Part shown: piece by piece, positions 37,668-51,936 of the stretch | Layout: the number at the start of each line of letters is the position of its first letter | How positions within the stretch are numbered: position 1 is the stretch's first letter | Origin: Chlorokybus atmophyticus | Lineage: Eukaryota; Plantae; Mesostigma and Chlorokybus algae | DNA length: 64,000 nt | Reading direction: 5' to 3' | NCBI GenBank assembly: GCA_009103225.1 | Contig: RHPI01002048.1 | Span: forward strand, 175,702 to 239,701 | Notes under the pieces: model-generated | What the model saw: only the letters and a program-made list of their open reading frames with translations | Database searches by the model: none | Told to the model about the DNA's origin: nothing | Made by a program: the position numbers and the translations under genes

Positions 37668-39205
37668 AGTCCAATTGTGCATGATTTGTGGGGACAGGTG
37701 CGCTTACCTCATTGTACAGTCTATTTGGTTATGTGTATCCACATGTCGGTCATGCTGGCACACCAGTGGTATGATACCACCAGAGTGCCACTAGATGTAT
37801 ATTGATCGCCAATAAATATTTATATTTAATTTGCTTACATGTGTACATGCATACCTAGGTAGGGTATAGGTATACATACATAATGGTATAATTTCACCTC
37901 TTAATCACTGCGCAACATAGCGTGCAGTCCAAGCTCTTAGTGTGGGAACAGCTATCGCCGAAGGGGTTAGTGCCATCCCAGAGTATCTCTTCTTCAGATC
38001 ATTCATGCAACTATGGCATGCTGCCATTGTTGCAAGCTATTCAGTGAATGGTGGGCATGGTCGTTGTTTATGGCTGAAATTGCATGCGCATGCTTGCATC
38101 AGCATCTGCACTCCCTCGATACGTGAAGTGAAAATAGTGCATCTCGTTAATGCTATGCAGGTGCTGGTCAAAGGCGCAGTAGCACTTTAGAATTGCGTAC
38201 CTACAGAAGTTGAGATGCATACACAGCCTACTAGATAAATACACAATATTCTAAGGGAACGCAACGTTCTCCATGACATTTGTAAAAGTTGTGAGTCGTG
38301 TAGAATCAGTAATGCACAAGCACTCCGCAAGTACAGCAGGAACGACACATGCGCCAGATTGATTTTGTGAAAAGCTATGAGTAGCGTATGCATCTTAACA
38401 CATGCGAACCGACGGTGGTGTGCACTAAGCACGCCATGATTCATGTGCGGTATGCAACATGCACTTCACTTGTGCATAAATATTGCATCAATGCCAAACA
38501 GGACCAACAACACAAGCCAGCAGCCATGATCATCAGAACACGGGATGTTTTCAGTGTGCAATTGTGGGCAACTTGTCTCTACCAAAACTTGACTTCATGT
38601 GAGACACTTCTAATATCCGGGCCTACACAAACACCAAGTCATACGCTGGGAGTGCTTTCTGCCTCCGTTGGTGGAGGGCCTTGGGCCATATGACCACAGC
38701 CTCGTACTGCGGACACTGCCGCTGCACCCCACTTTCTAGGTTGTAAGGCTGACATCACGTGTACAGATGCGAGAGGGGTATGTGCTTGCTGTAACGCGCA
38801 AGCCATGTGCTGGCGGCAGATGCGGGTTAGCTCTAATGTCTGTCACGAGCCCTTTCAGACTCCGTGGCTTGCTCCGCTCTTCGCACTGTGGCGCATGCAC
38901 GGATCGACGTAGTATGGTGCTGGTGCTATTCTGATTAAAAGTATGCAGGCATGCTGATTGCTGTTGACACAATTGCGAGACTGACGTTGCCATGTACATG
39001 TCATGGATAAGAACTTGATAATTACAATGTTCATCCAAGACCAATGTCGTGGCAGCACAAAGGCCAGTGCTAGCGCTGTCAGCAACAGGTCGCCACAGAG
39101 CCTGACTGCCATGAGCATTGGGGAATAAGCTATACAATGCCTGGCCACCTTCCTTCGCGCAGCCTCTACTATGCTCAGCATACAGCATACCGCCCAAGCA
39201 GATGC

Positions 39206-41678
39206 TCACTCGCGCGGTTGGACCAATGATGCAAGAGCTGTCTGCAGGTCAGCAATAGTCTTCAGATTGCGCGACAAAAGTACCCTCTCCAGATGTGCCC
39301 TTGTAGCCTTCAAAACAGCCTGCGACACCAGTGCATGAGACGCTGGTGAATAGGAACTACGCTTTTGGTTGCATACGCTGACCACCACCACCATCATCTT
39401 CATCGTTCCAGATCTGAATGCAGCACAAAAACGTCACCTACCTGGAACTCCATGTATGAGGCTCCCATGTCCAGCCATATGTTGTCTAAAAGCCGGAAAG
39501 CTTCCACGTAGACCTTGTCGAAAGCATCTGCTTCCGCTGAGAGCAAACACGCATGAGCTGTTGACACTCAGCAACTAACGGAGACGGAAAGGCCTGCTGC
39601 AGATAGGTACTCACTTTCCAGCAGTGCCAAAAAGCCCCTTCCAGCTTTTGTCTGCGGTGGACGCGACTCTGCATGCATAAAAATAGCTCAGACGAGTTTG
39701 CAAAGAAGCGATGCATCAACGGGCTAACTGCCATTGCAACACAACTATACTTGACGCAAAACTCTTGAGGTTCTATATGTGCCATTACTGTTTGAGAGAG
39801 TACTACCCTGGTGCTTACCATCTCGCAAATCTAACAGGTCAGTCAGCATGAACGAGATGTTCAACCCTGCTACAGCGAATGGATACTCTGCCTCGGAGCG
39901 GCTGCCATTGGACTTGTGCAAAAGGCGATTGAAAAGCTCCTGGAATCAACACATTGTGACGCATTGATGATGTTGATGACAATGCGGACAGTCAAGAGGA
40001 CACATAAACTGCGACACAAACGCCGGAAGCATAGCTTACTGGGTTGAAAGTTGCTAAGAACAACAGGTTCTGCAGCGATATGAAGCCACCTCCCCTGTGC
40101 GACACATGCCAACAAGAGTTAACCAAGAAGTCAAACCCCAGACTGCAGAGGGACTCGACAATCACTGCATTCTCCCACAAGTGCGCGTGTAAGGTAATCG
40201 AAGCGCGTGCATTGATAGCGATCCTTGCCTAAAATCCGTGCCTGGATCAGATCCTTGCCAGCCCATTTCTTTCCACTGCGGGGTTTTCAGGGCGGTACAC
40301 TCCTTGTCAGGCCAAGCTTTGTGCCAAAGCATGCGTAGCGCCTCCTGCACAAGCGCGCGGAAGCTGAGTGGTAAGCTCCACTAGCGAGCGCTTTAAGAGT
40401 GTCGGCGGATGCAGCATGCATTAACAAACCTGATGGTGCACGTTGTTCCCGTCAAACGGGACATGTATCCGAGTGTGAAGCTCCTTGAGCCTATCCACCT
40501 GCGAGATAATGATAAGCAAGAACTCAACATGTTTGACCTGTCCGTTGTGAGATTGGTACCATGTGCTTTCACCTGAACCTCAGAAAGCTGCGTTTTCCCT
40601 GAGACCGAACATGCCCCAAATGCATATCTTTGTAATGAGCTCGCAAATGTCGCTGCGCAAGCATCAACACGTGTCATTACAACCAATACGGGCCAATATG
40701 CACCCTGGTTGCAGCTATGCCAGACCCACCCAATACCACAACATGCCTACATGAACAACCCTAACCCTCAACGCATACCCAAGTACAGAGTCCACTCGAG
40801 GAGTATCTTTTCAAGAAGCTCCCTCCACGTGCTAGACGCCGCGCTATGTGACTTGGCATTCGGATCCACCTGCGTAGAGCGAGTTAAGTACACTTGTAAT
40901 AGCATGCACAGGCATTGTGACAACGTGCGTCCATCGCTGATGCGAACCAAAGACCAGACTGAGCGAAGCAGACACGCCAGGCGGCAACAATTATCGAGAG
41001 TTGCTGCTTTCCAATTTGCAGCGGTCCTCAATGTACATGTTCCACTTCAAAACATTTACAAAGTGTACGACAGTGTGCCATTCCTCCACACGCATCTCAT
41101 ACAACTGTTGCGACGCATGTCTGTACATCTCACATACAAGCGTGCAAGACCACTTGACACAAGCAGCTAAACTTGGGATCTTTGATGATTGGACGCCAGT
41201 CCGTCAGCGACCATGTTCAATGCACGCAACAATTTCGTGACACCGGATATGCCATCCCATCCCTTCATTCCCGCTGCAAGACTTGAAAGGACTGGCAAGC
41301 ACAGCAATTGTCTGTTGCTGCCTCCAAGCATGCATTGACAAATGCATGCTTGCAACCAGAAGCAGACACTGCGCCTTGCAGAAACGCACAGAGTTGCCGT
41401 TGCGAATGACAAAGGTGTACACAGATAAATGCAGCGTAACCGCTGCTAAAGCAGCGCTGAGCGCAGGCGAGTAGTAGCGTGAGCAAGACCACACATACCT
41501 AGTTACAGCACAATTCAGCTGAGCATTAGGTCACCTCTTCTGCAGCTTCTCGCTTTCCCTGCTGGTCCAGCCAAGGTTCACTCAAGCCGGAAGACGAAGT
41601 GGCGGGAACCGCCATGGTGCCGGCGGCACCAGCTGCGGCAGCGCCGCCGGCGTGCCGGCGGCGTGCGGTGGTTTGCAT
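39206..41678 (-). CDS. ELMO/CED-12 domain (ELMOD) protein, multi-exon, includes a GC-AG intron
   Basis: LWHKAWPDKEC...QWKEMGWQGSDPGTDFR|GGGFISLQNLLFLA, EYPFAVAGLNISFML, AFDKVYVEAF, and C-terminal VLKATRAHLERVL. Confidence 0.9.
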
Positions 41679-41745
41679 GAAAGCACAAGAATCCTCACCA
41701 CTTCCCACCCAACTACCAGGCCAACCCCACGCTCACCGCCGCCGC

Positions 41746-41754
41746 CTAGGGTTT
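41746..41754 (-). promoter_or_regulatory. Telo-box (AAACCCTAG) at the 5' end of the ELMOD gene
   Basis: CTAGGGTTT on the + strand, just upstream of a GTGAGC donor-like site and the start codon. Confidence 0.55.
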
Positions 41755-42760
41755 GCTGCTCCCTCAACCCTCCCAACACGCATGCCTGACAACCCAACCC
41801 CAGCCACCGGCAATGGCGAGCATACCAAGCATCACTCCCCGCCACCCCATCATGCCCTTCACTGCTTTCCGACTCCACGACCTCCCGGCCACCACGCCCG
41901 CCCCCGCCACCCCCGTCCCCGCCGCCGCTGCCGTTGCCGCTTCCACACGCTGCCGACCGCTGCACGTGTGTTACACTTGGGCTCGTGTACGGCCTGCCAA
42001 TGAAGTAAAACCGCCACAAAACAATTCCTGTGCGCATCAAAATCCTGTGGCCACATAAAGTAGGCCTACGTGCCCTGAATGCACGGCATTGTTCGGCATT
42101 GCTGATTTCGCAGCTCTTACGCTGTATGGGAGTGTGCCACGTGTGATGCATGAAACTTCTCTCGGGCGGAATTGCAAGTTTCTGAGGCTTGGAAGGGCAG
42201 TGAAAACTCTTTGGGTGCAACTGCTGAACTTAGGGTTTGGGGCGGCAGATAGGTTGTGTGTCAGGGGACAATGTCAGCACATAAGTTTGGCCACTATTTG
42301 CTCTGCGAGGCACGTGTTGGGTAAGGAGTCAAACCGTAATGTTGTTACGTCATTCGCACAGACGTAACTGGCAAGGAGGAAACCAAACAAGGGGCCTGGA
42401 TTGAGAGTGGAGGTTGACACTGTTGCTGCCGCCGTTGTCGTCGCCGCCGTTGTGGTCGTGGCTGTCGGGTCCTAGCTGGTTGGCAGGGGGGAGGCTGTTC
42501 ATTAGGTTGGGCGCCAGGGGGATCGGTTGCTTGTGGACGATCTGGGCGTAGCTGCCGCCAGCGCTGGTGCCCGGAGCGTAGGCGGCATGGGTGGAACCCT
42601 AGCTTAGTGAGGCATGAGTTGGTTTAGTGCTGCTGAGCCAGATTAAACCGCAGCGAGCTGTATGATTAGTATTGATTATATTTGGCCGTGTCACGGTTAA
42701 CTACGGTGAGTAGAGAAGGAGGTGTTTCATTGTGCACGCGAGCTAGAGTGGTCCACCGCC

Positions 42761-45700
42761 ATGCCGCCCAACGAGCGCACACCTTTGCTACAGAGCGAGC
42801 AGGTTGGGCTGAGCTTTGTGTTTTCAAAAAGATACGGTCACGAACTGGTGATCTTGCTCGTTTGCTAAACCAGAATAGCAGTAGCTGCCTTTGTGTTGTG
42901 AGAAGTGGTTTGCAAGGCAAGCGCGCTACACATGCTGTTTACTGCATGCAGAGTTCCATTCGCTACAACTAGCATAGGCTTGAAGTTGTTGAGTCTCATG
43001 CGCACTGGACCGTGTACAACACACGCTGCCTTATTGTAGTTCGGTCAATCAGACATGTGCATGCGCGAGCACACATCTGTTTTGCTCTGTACGAGCACGC
43101 TCTATGTGAGACAACAGTGCAGCAATTTGTAGGAACATGTCGGAAAGCGAAAATACTTTCAGCCTTCTTCGCCTGTCTGCATGCATGCAAACAGGCGAAC
43201 AAGGCTAACTGCCAAGTGATTGTTTGCGTTGGCCTTACTGCAGATGTTAACCAAGTGACTTTGTGTCCAGCACACGCACGAACCGCGAACACCGCGCGTA
43301 AGAACACCAAGAAGGAGTCGGGATCAGTCAAAATCAAAAACTCCTGCCACTGGCGATGAAGAGTCTGGTCTGGAAAAGGAACAGAACATCGGGCTGCTGC
43401 GGGTGCTTCGTGAGGCGCGCGAGGAACGACCCATCCTGTTCTTGGCTACCATCATGCTAATGATTGCGGCCTTTGCGAACATGGCCCTGCCGCAGTTTGC
43501 TGGCCGCGTGCTCGATGCAATAACTTCCGTTGATAAAGATTACGCTATGTCGCAAGTCCGGCATTCCGTCCTGTACATTCTTATCTGTGTTGCAGTAGGG
43601 TAAGTGTCACTTTGCACTTTGCTCTTCGCGTCTCAATCAAGCTGTTCAACGTTGTTGCAGAGTTTGCATACATGAAACTTCTTCCACAGTACAACAGAAG
43701 CACCATGCATGCGCTGTGCCCCATTGTGTCTGATGGAGCCTTGTAATGATGCGCAGGTCTGTAGCTTCTGCTTTGCGCGCTTACCTGTTCAGCTCTGCCA
43801 GCGAGCGAGTAGTCGCTCGCATGCGCATGCGTCTGTTCAATGCCCTGATGACTCAGGTGAGTTAAAAGGGTTGACGCAGTTTGCGAGGCATGGTGGTCTG
43901 GACATGATTTGGAAGACTTTTGTTGCTTATACAGGAGGTGGGCTTTTTTGATGTATCACGTACTGGTGAGCTGCTCAATCGCCTGTCAGAAGATACCTCC
44001 GTGTTGAAGAGTGCGGCCACCAGCAACCTCTCAATGGCATTGCGGTCGGCAGCGACTGCCATCATCGGCCTGGCGTACATGTTTGTCACTTCTTGGAAAT
44101 TGTCATGTAAGGCGCCGCAGTGCCTTTGTAATATAGTGCGCTGTCGTTGAGTTTTTGCAAGGGCTGTGACGATTACAGCAGTTGTTTGTTTGGCCTGGCA
44201 GGTGTTACTGTCGCTATAGTGCCTATTACATCTGTGGCCATCAGGTATTACGGCCGTTATGTGAAGAGGCTGTCAAAACAAACACAAGTGAGTCTGGCTG
44301 CATACATGCATGTTGCATGCGTGTTTGGTTCTCACAACAGACACCCTATCGACAGGCAGCCACAGCTGCTGCTGCAACTGTGGCTGAGGAGTCACTTGGT
44401 GCCGTGCGCACCGTTCGGTCATTTGCTAGGGAGCGGACGGAATGCTTCCGTTACGGGGAGAAGGTGTTGGAAAGCCGCTCCTTGGGTTTGCGAGCTGCGG
44501 TAAGTGGTTTAGCGGGTGCCACTAGAGCCTGAGGCCATGGGATCTTGCATTGTTCACGGCAGCTCGTACTGAAAGTCGTTGGGTGTTCTGCTCTTCTGCA
44601 GGTTGCAAACGGCCTCTTTACCGGAGGCATGTTTGCTGTCGCCATGCTTTCCATGGTGATTGTGTTGTGGTAAGTTGATTAACTTTTGTCTGGTTCAGAG
44701 GCAGTTTCTCTATAACTATCATGCATGATGGTACTTGTTCATGCAGGTATGGGGCCATACTGACTATACGTGGAGAGCTATCTACGGGAACTCTTTCGTC
44801 CTTCATCTTGTATACATTTACTGTGGGTTCGGCCATTGGCAATTTGTCGGGGCTGTACACGACAATTATGAAGGCGTTGGGAGCGTCCCAGCGCGTGTTT
44901 CAGTTGATGGACCGCGACCCGCGCATCCCACCATCTGGCAAACAGGTGTGTGATGATTTTTGCTGCATGACTTTTGCTTGACATGTGTCTTCGCCCATCC
45001 TGGCCGTAGCATGAATTGTAAAGGACGGACCTTCATGGTGTTGGTTCTGCAGAAACCCATGGGTCATGACGTCAATGGAGCTGAAGTGCGGTTGGAGGGT
45101 GTGTGGTTTGCGTACCCTTCAAGGGCGCACAATTGGGTTCTTAAAGGCGTGGACCTGTCGCTGGCCCCGGGGCAAAGGGTGGCGCTGGTTGGTCACAGCG
45201 GGGGCGGCAAGTCCACTGTGGCCGCTCTGATACAACGCTTCTACGACCCGCAGAAGGGAAGGGTCTTTATTGACAATGTACCTCTTCCTGACATTGATCA
45301 TGAGCACCTCCATCGGGAAATTGCAATGGTTAGCCAGGAGCCCGTGCTGTTTGCGAGGACCATCAGGTGAGCAGAGAGAATGTGAATGCTGTTGCATGTA
45401 TTGCTCTTTATCAGATGCTGATGCGTGGGGTTGTAGAGAGAACATTGCGTATGGAAAGGACAACACAACCATGGAAGAGATTGAGCATGTTGCACGCATG
45501 GCCAACGCGCACGACTTCATATCGGGCTTTTCGGATGGTTACAATACCGCTGTTGGCGAACGAGGAGTTCGCTTGAGCGGCGGACAAAAGCAACGGTATG
45601 TTCAATGGTGTTTTTTATTAGTGTCATGTAGTCAGGTTATGTAGTCAGGTCAACAACTCGTATTGTGCTACAGGATTGCGATAGCTAGGGCACTGCTTAT

Positions 45701-46360
45701 GAACCCGCGGCTGCTACTCCTGGACGAGGCTACGTCAGCACTCGACGCGGAATCAGAGTTTTTGGTGCAGGTGAGTCGCCAGTTGTTATCTATCTTCAGA
45801 AGTTAATAGTGCTCTGCGTGTACTACAAGCAGTGTTGATTGACATGTTACAACTTCAGGATGCACTCGAGCGGCTGATGTCCGGCAGAACAACATTGGTT
45901 ATAGCACACAGGTGACGGTCATTGCAAGAATTGCATGCATGTCTGAAAACTGAATCTATGACTGAGATTATACAAGCCCCATATCTGAGGGCAACTCCCT
46001 GTGCTCTGCAGGCTTTCTACTGTAAAAAGTGCGGACATTGTGTGCGTTGTAGACGAGGGTGTTATCAGGGAGAGGGGCACTCATGAGGAGCTGCTGGAGC
46101 AGAACGGCATATATGCAGCGCTGGTCAGGAGGCAGCTGACCACAGGGGGCTTCCTCGGGAGGGAGGCAGACAAACCGACGGACGTATCAGAAGTGGACGA
46201 GGACGGCGTAGAGGAGGACGGCGGGTCTGACAGCGAGGTTGATGATGACGATGTCTCCGTAACAACACCAACAGCTGAACTGCCCGTGAGTGATGTCGGC
46301 TATGGTGCCAGGGCAGAGCGTTTGCGCACTGCCAGCCAGGCTAGTTTGGCTGATGTGTAG
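42761..46360 (+). CDS. ABCB half-size transporter (TAP2/ALS1-like), multi-exon
   Basis: Exon 1 (42761-42802) encodes [14 protein letters not shown] and splices in frame to 43271. The TMD includes [17 protein letters not shown]. The NBD has Walker [18 protein letters not shown], signature LSGGQKQR, Walker [13 protein letters not shown] and IAHR|LSTV. Confidence 0.93.
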
Positions 46361-48264
46361 AAAGACCTTCAAGCAGAGTGGAGTTTGTCATCAGGTGTCA
46401 TTGTTGTGAGAGTGAAGTGTATGGGGTAGTGCTGGAGACCTACGTGTCCACTTGATCCGATATGTGCACACAGTTGGCAAGTTGTGGAAGGGCCTGAGGC
46501 CAACAGGGCTAGGTAAGGACGAGGAAAACCGCTTGACGCTGTAGACTTTGTTTGTGCATGTTGATCGGGAAGCTCGTTCATCCTTGTTGCGTAGGTTTAC
46601 AGGCATTGTTGCATGATGTATGTGTCGCATCTCAGTCATGCATTGGTAATAGCATATACATGGCGCCAGCAGAACATGGAAGCTTCATAAGTACTGATGC
46701 GTATCATCGTCACTATGACTAGCAGCAGATAATATACAATATAGTCATCCCCTCTGCACCACCACACCACATGCATTGCGCGTAGCAAACTACAGATGTA
46801 TAGAGTAATTAGATCTCACTTGGACTATCCTATCCGCCACCGGTTTATGTTTGGGTCAGTGAGTACTATGTGCGCTACTACGTGTGCCCCATATACATGG
46901 TTATCAGCTAATTAACTGATTGAGTTGTATACAAAAGATGCAAGCTGCATCACCCGCATGCAAAGCACACTCACACATCAACTCAGCACACCGCATGCAT
47001 GCATTTACATATAACACCACTGGGCTACATGTTAGCCTAGCTACTCACTAAGCACGACACTAACTACCACTACCCCGTTAGACAACATGCAGTGCATGCA
47101 TGGCAATTTATAGTCTTTACCTGCACGCATGTGCAGCTAGTTAGACTTCCAGGCGGTTGCCTCCGCCAGCAGCATGAGCAGAACACGGACTCCCCTCGCC
47201 CCTCCCACTCTCTCTCCCGCTCTCCTTCGCCCACACCCTCACTCCCTCCGCTTCCTGATACAGCTGCCGCTTGAAACCCTCGTCCAGGGCCCCTTTGCCC
47301 CGCCCCTCTGCCCCGCCCCTCTGCCCTGCCCCTTTGGCAGCGGTGCTGTCGTGTCGCTCGGCCATGAGCTGGGTCACTGGCACGCCCTCGCTGCTAGTTA
47401 GGTGCTGCTGGTGGGGTGGGGTGGTTGGGTTGGCATCTTGTGTCTGTCGCACAGGCAAGCGTGTTTACCAATCCGCCTGCTCCAGTGCAGTCGTTGCAGT
47501 GTGGTTGTATCGACCTTGTTGGAGGATATGACTTCGCTTGCCCATGGCACTTTCGCCTAGTTCAAATCTGTGTGATATGAAAATTCAATCAAGACCACAA
47601 CCACCACGGCTTAATTGCAGCTGCCATTCAGCAAAAGGACTCGATGCTGCAACAATAAACGCGCGTTGCCACAGCTGTGGCAAGTCGTGCTGCAACCAGT
47701 CTCAGCCATGCAAGTGTACATATCACCTTGTTGATGTCTTTGCATGTTGAAGAAGAAAGCAAATTTGCTGGAGTATATTGCATTGATTATCGCAGTTGGT
47801 GAACTGGGTCGGGGACATGGATCACATGAGACATGCATTGGCGCGATATCCCACACAGAGTGCCACACACCAACTCGCAATGTCCCTTACAACATGCAAC
47901 AGGAACGAAACCTCCAGCTGGACATGAACTACCTACAGTTTCAACACCAGCAACTCCTCTTGCAGCTACTGTCAAGCCAGCAAAGCAGCAAGGTCACCTT
48001 CGAGCCAGCTCTGACTCGTATTGCGCACGAGGTGGCCTACGTACCTCCTCTCTCTGCACGCACAGGGTGCCTATAAGAGCCCAACCTTCCGCAGTTTATG
48101 TGCAAATGGCGACAGGGAGACAGGCACTGCGCGAGACAGAGTTTTGGGCCAATAGCTGCTCACAAAAAGACTAGTCCTGAGAGAAACTGTCCTGAGAGAC
48201 ACTACAGCCTATGCACAGAGCGGCCCTGTGAAACTGGCTTCATGAGTAGCAGCTAGCAAAACAG

Positions 48265-51148
48265 TCATGAGGCCGCCGGTCTTGCATCAAAGTCATTGTG
48301 AAGTGCCGATTGCAACTGAGAGAATTTCATTACCAAGGGCGCCTCTTCGTCATTGGGCACCATGTCCGCCAGCCCGACCATGCTCCAGCCTCGGTAGCTC
48401 TGCAGCTTGCCGTGCACCTCTTCCGCAACGAGCCGCGATAGGAGAAGGCCAGATATGAGGGCGGACGTGTACAACATGTAGAAGACTGCTGCCCAGCCGT
48501 ATTGGGCAAGAAAACCTGTTAACAACGGGCCAAGTGCAGCACCGATAGAACCCGTGCCATCGATGATGGCGGTTACGGTTGCAAGGGCCTTTTCTTTTCC
48601 TTGAAGAGAACTGTGCGTGCCCAAATCTGCGGCGACCGCTGTGGTTATTAGCGCGTAAGGGCCATTGACAAACAGCCCGGCCAGTATCATGAGGGCAGCA
48701 TTGATGGCCACGGAGATGTGGCCAAATGTGGAGTAAAGAAACAACGCCGGCACGGACAAGAACACAAAGCTGGCAGCCGTAATGGAACGCGCTTGGAATC
48801 TGTCGCTGATGTATCCAGCTGCCACGCCGCCAACAACGCCACCCACGTCAAATAGCGCAGATAAGTTGCCTGCTGCCACAGGGCTGAGATACTTGTGGCC
48901 GATATCTGCAACAGATACCGGTTATTACGCAGAGCACGCGGCGATGCCAGCATCAACAATAAGAGCTTGACAATCAGGAACACATGCAGCCCTGTTGAGG
49001 TCTCTGTGACATGCCACTTACGCGTGTTGTGAATGTAATAGGGCAGCCAATAAAGGAACGTGTATGCCACCAGTTTGGCAAAGAATAGTGAGAACGCATA
49101 AACTGCGACTCCAGGTATCCGCCAGGCTGCAATGAAAGAGATGTAATGCTCCTCCTCCGTGTCAGATTCGTCCGAGTCGAGCCCAGTGCTGTGAGACGGG
49201 TGGCTTGCATGCGCTGCTTGGCTTATTGAATGCGCCAGCCTTCTCACTATGTATGGTGATGGCAGCCCCACCTGTGACAAGGTGCAAGAGATGATATGAG
49301 TGATGCATATGTTGCCCATAGCTGCGTTTGCATTGCTGCTGGCACGCATGCAGCTGCTATTGGTGCTATCGGTATCACACAACAACTCAGCCAATGCGTA
49401 TGCAAGAACATGTTCATCACCTCTTCGGGTTCAACGACGAGGAATAGGTATGTCAACACGCCAATGCCCGCAATCACACCAGCAGGCACAACAAAGGACC
49501 AGCCCCAGCCAAACGGCAGCACCTCTGCAGCGATAACGGACCCCAGAATGTTGCCAACGGACGTGTGGCTGTTCCATATCCCCATAATCAACCCTCGTTT
49601 GCTTTTGCCAACCCAGTTGGCTACAATGGACACGACGCTTGGCCAACCTGTTGATTGGGACAAACCCGCCATCACCTGCAGGCACGCGTATCAGCAACCA
49701 TACAACATCAAACGAGCGAAGCACAACAATCCTTACTGCCCTTGACAACTCTACCAAAGCTACTCATAATCAATGCATACAAGCAGCAACGGAACAGCTT
49801 GCACTACAACACGCGTGCTACTAAACGAGGCTGGAGACAGAATTTGACAAGGTGCTGGCATTGATAAGCATAGCGATGAAGATGACATAGTCACATCCTC
49901 AGCCAAACATTCAACTTGATTTGAGGTTGATGCGATACACAAGGTAAGCTACAAGGATGCGCATCGTGAAGCAAGCCCTACCTGTACAGCAATGTAGTAC
50001 CAGAAGTTATGTATCTGCAGGAAGTAACCCGCGCCAAACAGAGCTGTGAACAGCCCGCTTAGAAGCATGCCCCACGTCAAAAACAGGCGCACGTTCACGC
50101 GATCTCCCAAGTGACCAGACACAAACAACCCTCCCGAGTACGTTATCAAAAACGCCACGTCTAACATGCCCAGCAAGCTCTGCCCTTTGGCACCATTGAA
50201 CGGTGCCCAGCCTGAATCTTTTGAAACCTGCTCAAATTACACAGCATCAGTTTCCAACCGAGTTGTCGTTCCCATTTCAAGGTGCCACGCTGCGAGTTTC
50301 AAAACGTACAACCACTAACATGAAAACCTCAACTCAATGCAAGTGACACACAGGCTGCAACATGGGCTTACTAGAGGGTCTACTAGAAATTTAGATGTAC
50401 ACGCAATTGAGGCCAAAACATATGTGACTAGAGTATAATTATACACGCATACGTAGCTCAACTTCAGTATGATTGCCCAAGGCAAGACTTGTCTGTTGCT
50501 ACTCCAGCTAGCAACAGACAGCCTCTGCAGGTGACTTGCATTCGTAACCACTACGCCTCGTCAACGGGGCAGCAAACCCATGCACGACAGCTTGTTACTA
50601 CAAAATGCACTATACATCATCCTGATCCTGCTTGCCAAGTCTGCTGGATTGCACTTCTTAACAACTGGTGAGCATGTACAGTGCCATCACTGAGGTAAGG
50701 CGGGAGGTACAGGAGAGACCATGTTACTAAGATGAGTATGTTGACATATTGCGGTTGCACAATGGCACAAACACCCAACGCACTTGAGCGCCAGTCGGCC
50801 AATCCACTTATTCACATCACATCATCGCATCCGCTGGACCACAGCGTCCTGAACCATGCATATTGAAAATGATCAACTAATTTGCAGGGTTCGTGCACGA
50901 TGATGATGGCATTGTGAGCAAACCTTGTCTGGGAGGTAAGCGGTGGGAATGGCGGGTTGGGTGGCATTGTGTATGGACGGGTGGAGTGCATCCTTCACAA
51001 TAGAGGCAGGCTTGCGGCTGACATGGTAGCTGGCGTATACCAAGTACGTCAGGACCAGCACCAGCACCTTGTATTGCCCATAAGACAAGCCTGTGCCGCC
51101 CCGCAGACGCTTAAGCAGCCGAATGCCAGGCGCAGCTTTGCGTGCCAT
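48265..51148 (-). CDS. G3Pp: Glycerol-3-phosphate permease / SLC37-type MFS organophosphate:Pi antiporter, multi-exon
   Basis: MARKAAPGIRLLKRL...YASYHVSRKPASIVK, LDVAFLITYSGGLFVSGHLGDR, QSTGWPSVVSIVANW...RGLIMGIWNSHTSVGNILG, FAKLVAYTFLYWLPYY, FDVGGVVGGVAAGYISDR, NGPYALITTAV.ADLG, TVTAIIDGTGSIGA. Confidence 0.94.
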
Positions 51149-51728
51149 TAGCACTGCTCAGAGATATTTGCCCCAGGCGGACACAACCCCAACCCCCGTC
51201 GTCAACTACAGCGCATGGGACCTTTCTCCCTCGTCAATGCTGCATGATCGCCTCTCGGCAGCCGTCTTTCAGCAAGCATCATGAGTGCGCAAGTGCATGC
51301 TGCTGTGACTCACAGCGCTGTGAGGATGCTGCTGAGCCAAGCCAGCAGCTCTTAGGCCAAGCAGCAATCGGCTCCAACGCTCTTCCCAAAGCCACAACAC
51401 GGCAAACCAACCCCGAATGCTCTTTCCCACAACCCAGGATGATCGGCTCTGGTCTAGTACAGTCTAATGCAGTCTGGTCTGGTACAGTCTAGTCGCCAGG
51501 CCACCGCAACTAGTTCAGTGCTGCAGCCGCAAGGGGGATCTCCTCAGCTGGAGAGGCTGCACTTATGCTTGTCGTCGGCACTGCGCCTCGACCCTATATT
51601 GCGCCCACATACATACAGACGCCTTCCACATTCACCGCCACCTTCATCACCTTCGCCGCCGCCACCGCCGCTTGCCAACAAGCTTTGCTTCATGACTCAC
51701 TGCCACGTGGCACAACGCTAGGCACTTG

Positions 51729-51741
51729 TAGGGTTAGGGTT
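51729..51741 (+). promoter_or_regulatory. Telomere-like repeat TAGGGTTAGGGTT in the G3Pp/Hyccin divergent promoter
   Basis: Visible directly, ~200 bp upstream of the Hyccin ATG. Confidence 0.5.
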
Positions 51742-51936
51742 GACGTCTCCGGCGTGGGTGGCAATGTCGCTGTCGCTGGCGTGCGTCTAGGACTGAGTGC
51801 ATTCCGTGTTGCCGGTGCACGGCGACGTGCATACGTACATACGAGGGCAGTGACAGCAAGCATGACGGCAAGGAGGAGGAACAGGAGCTAGTTGTGGTTG
51901 TTGGCGGCTTGCTTGGCAGCTGCTCGGGTGTGATAG

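Noticed and set aside
47092-48174. ORFs between the ABCB and G3Pp genes, including a Cys-rich stretch
   Set aside because: I could not build a coherent gene model or identify a family motif.
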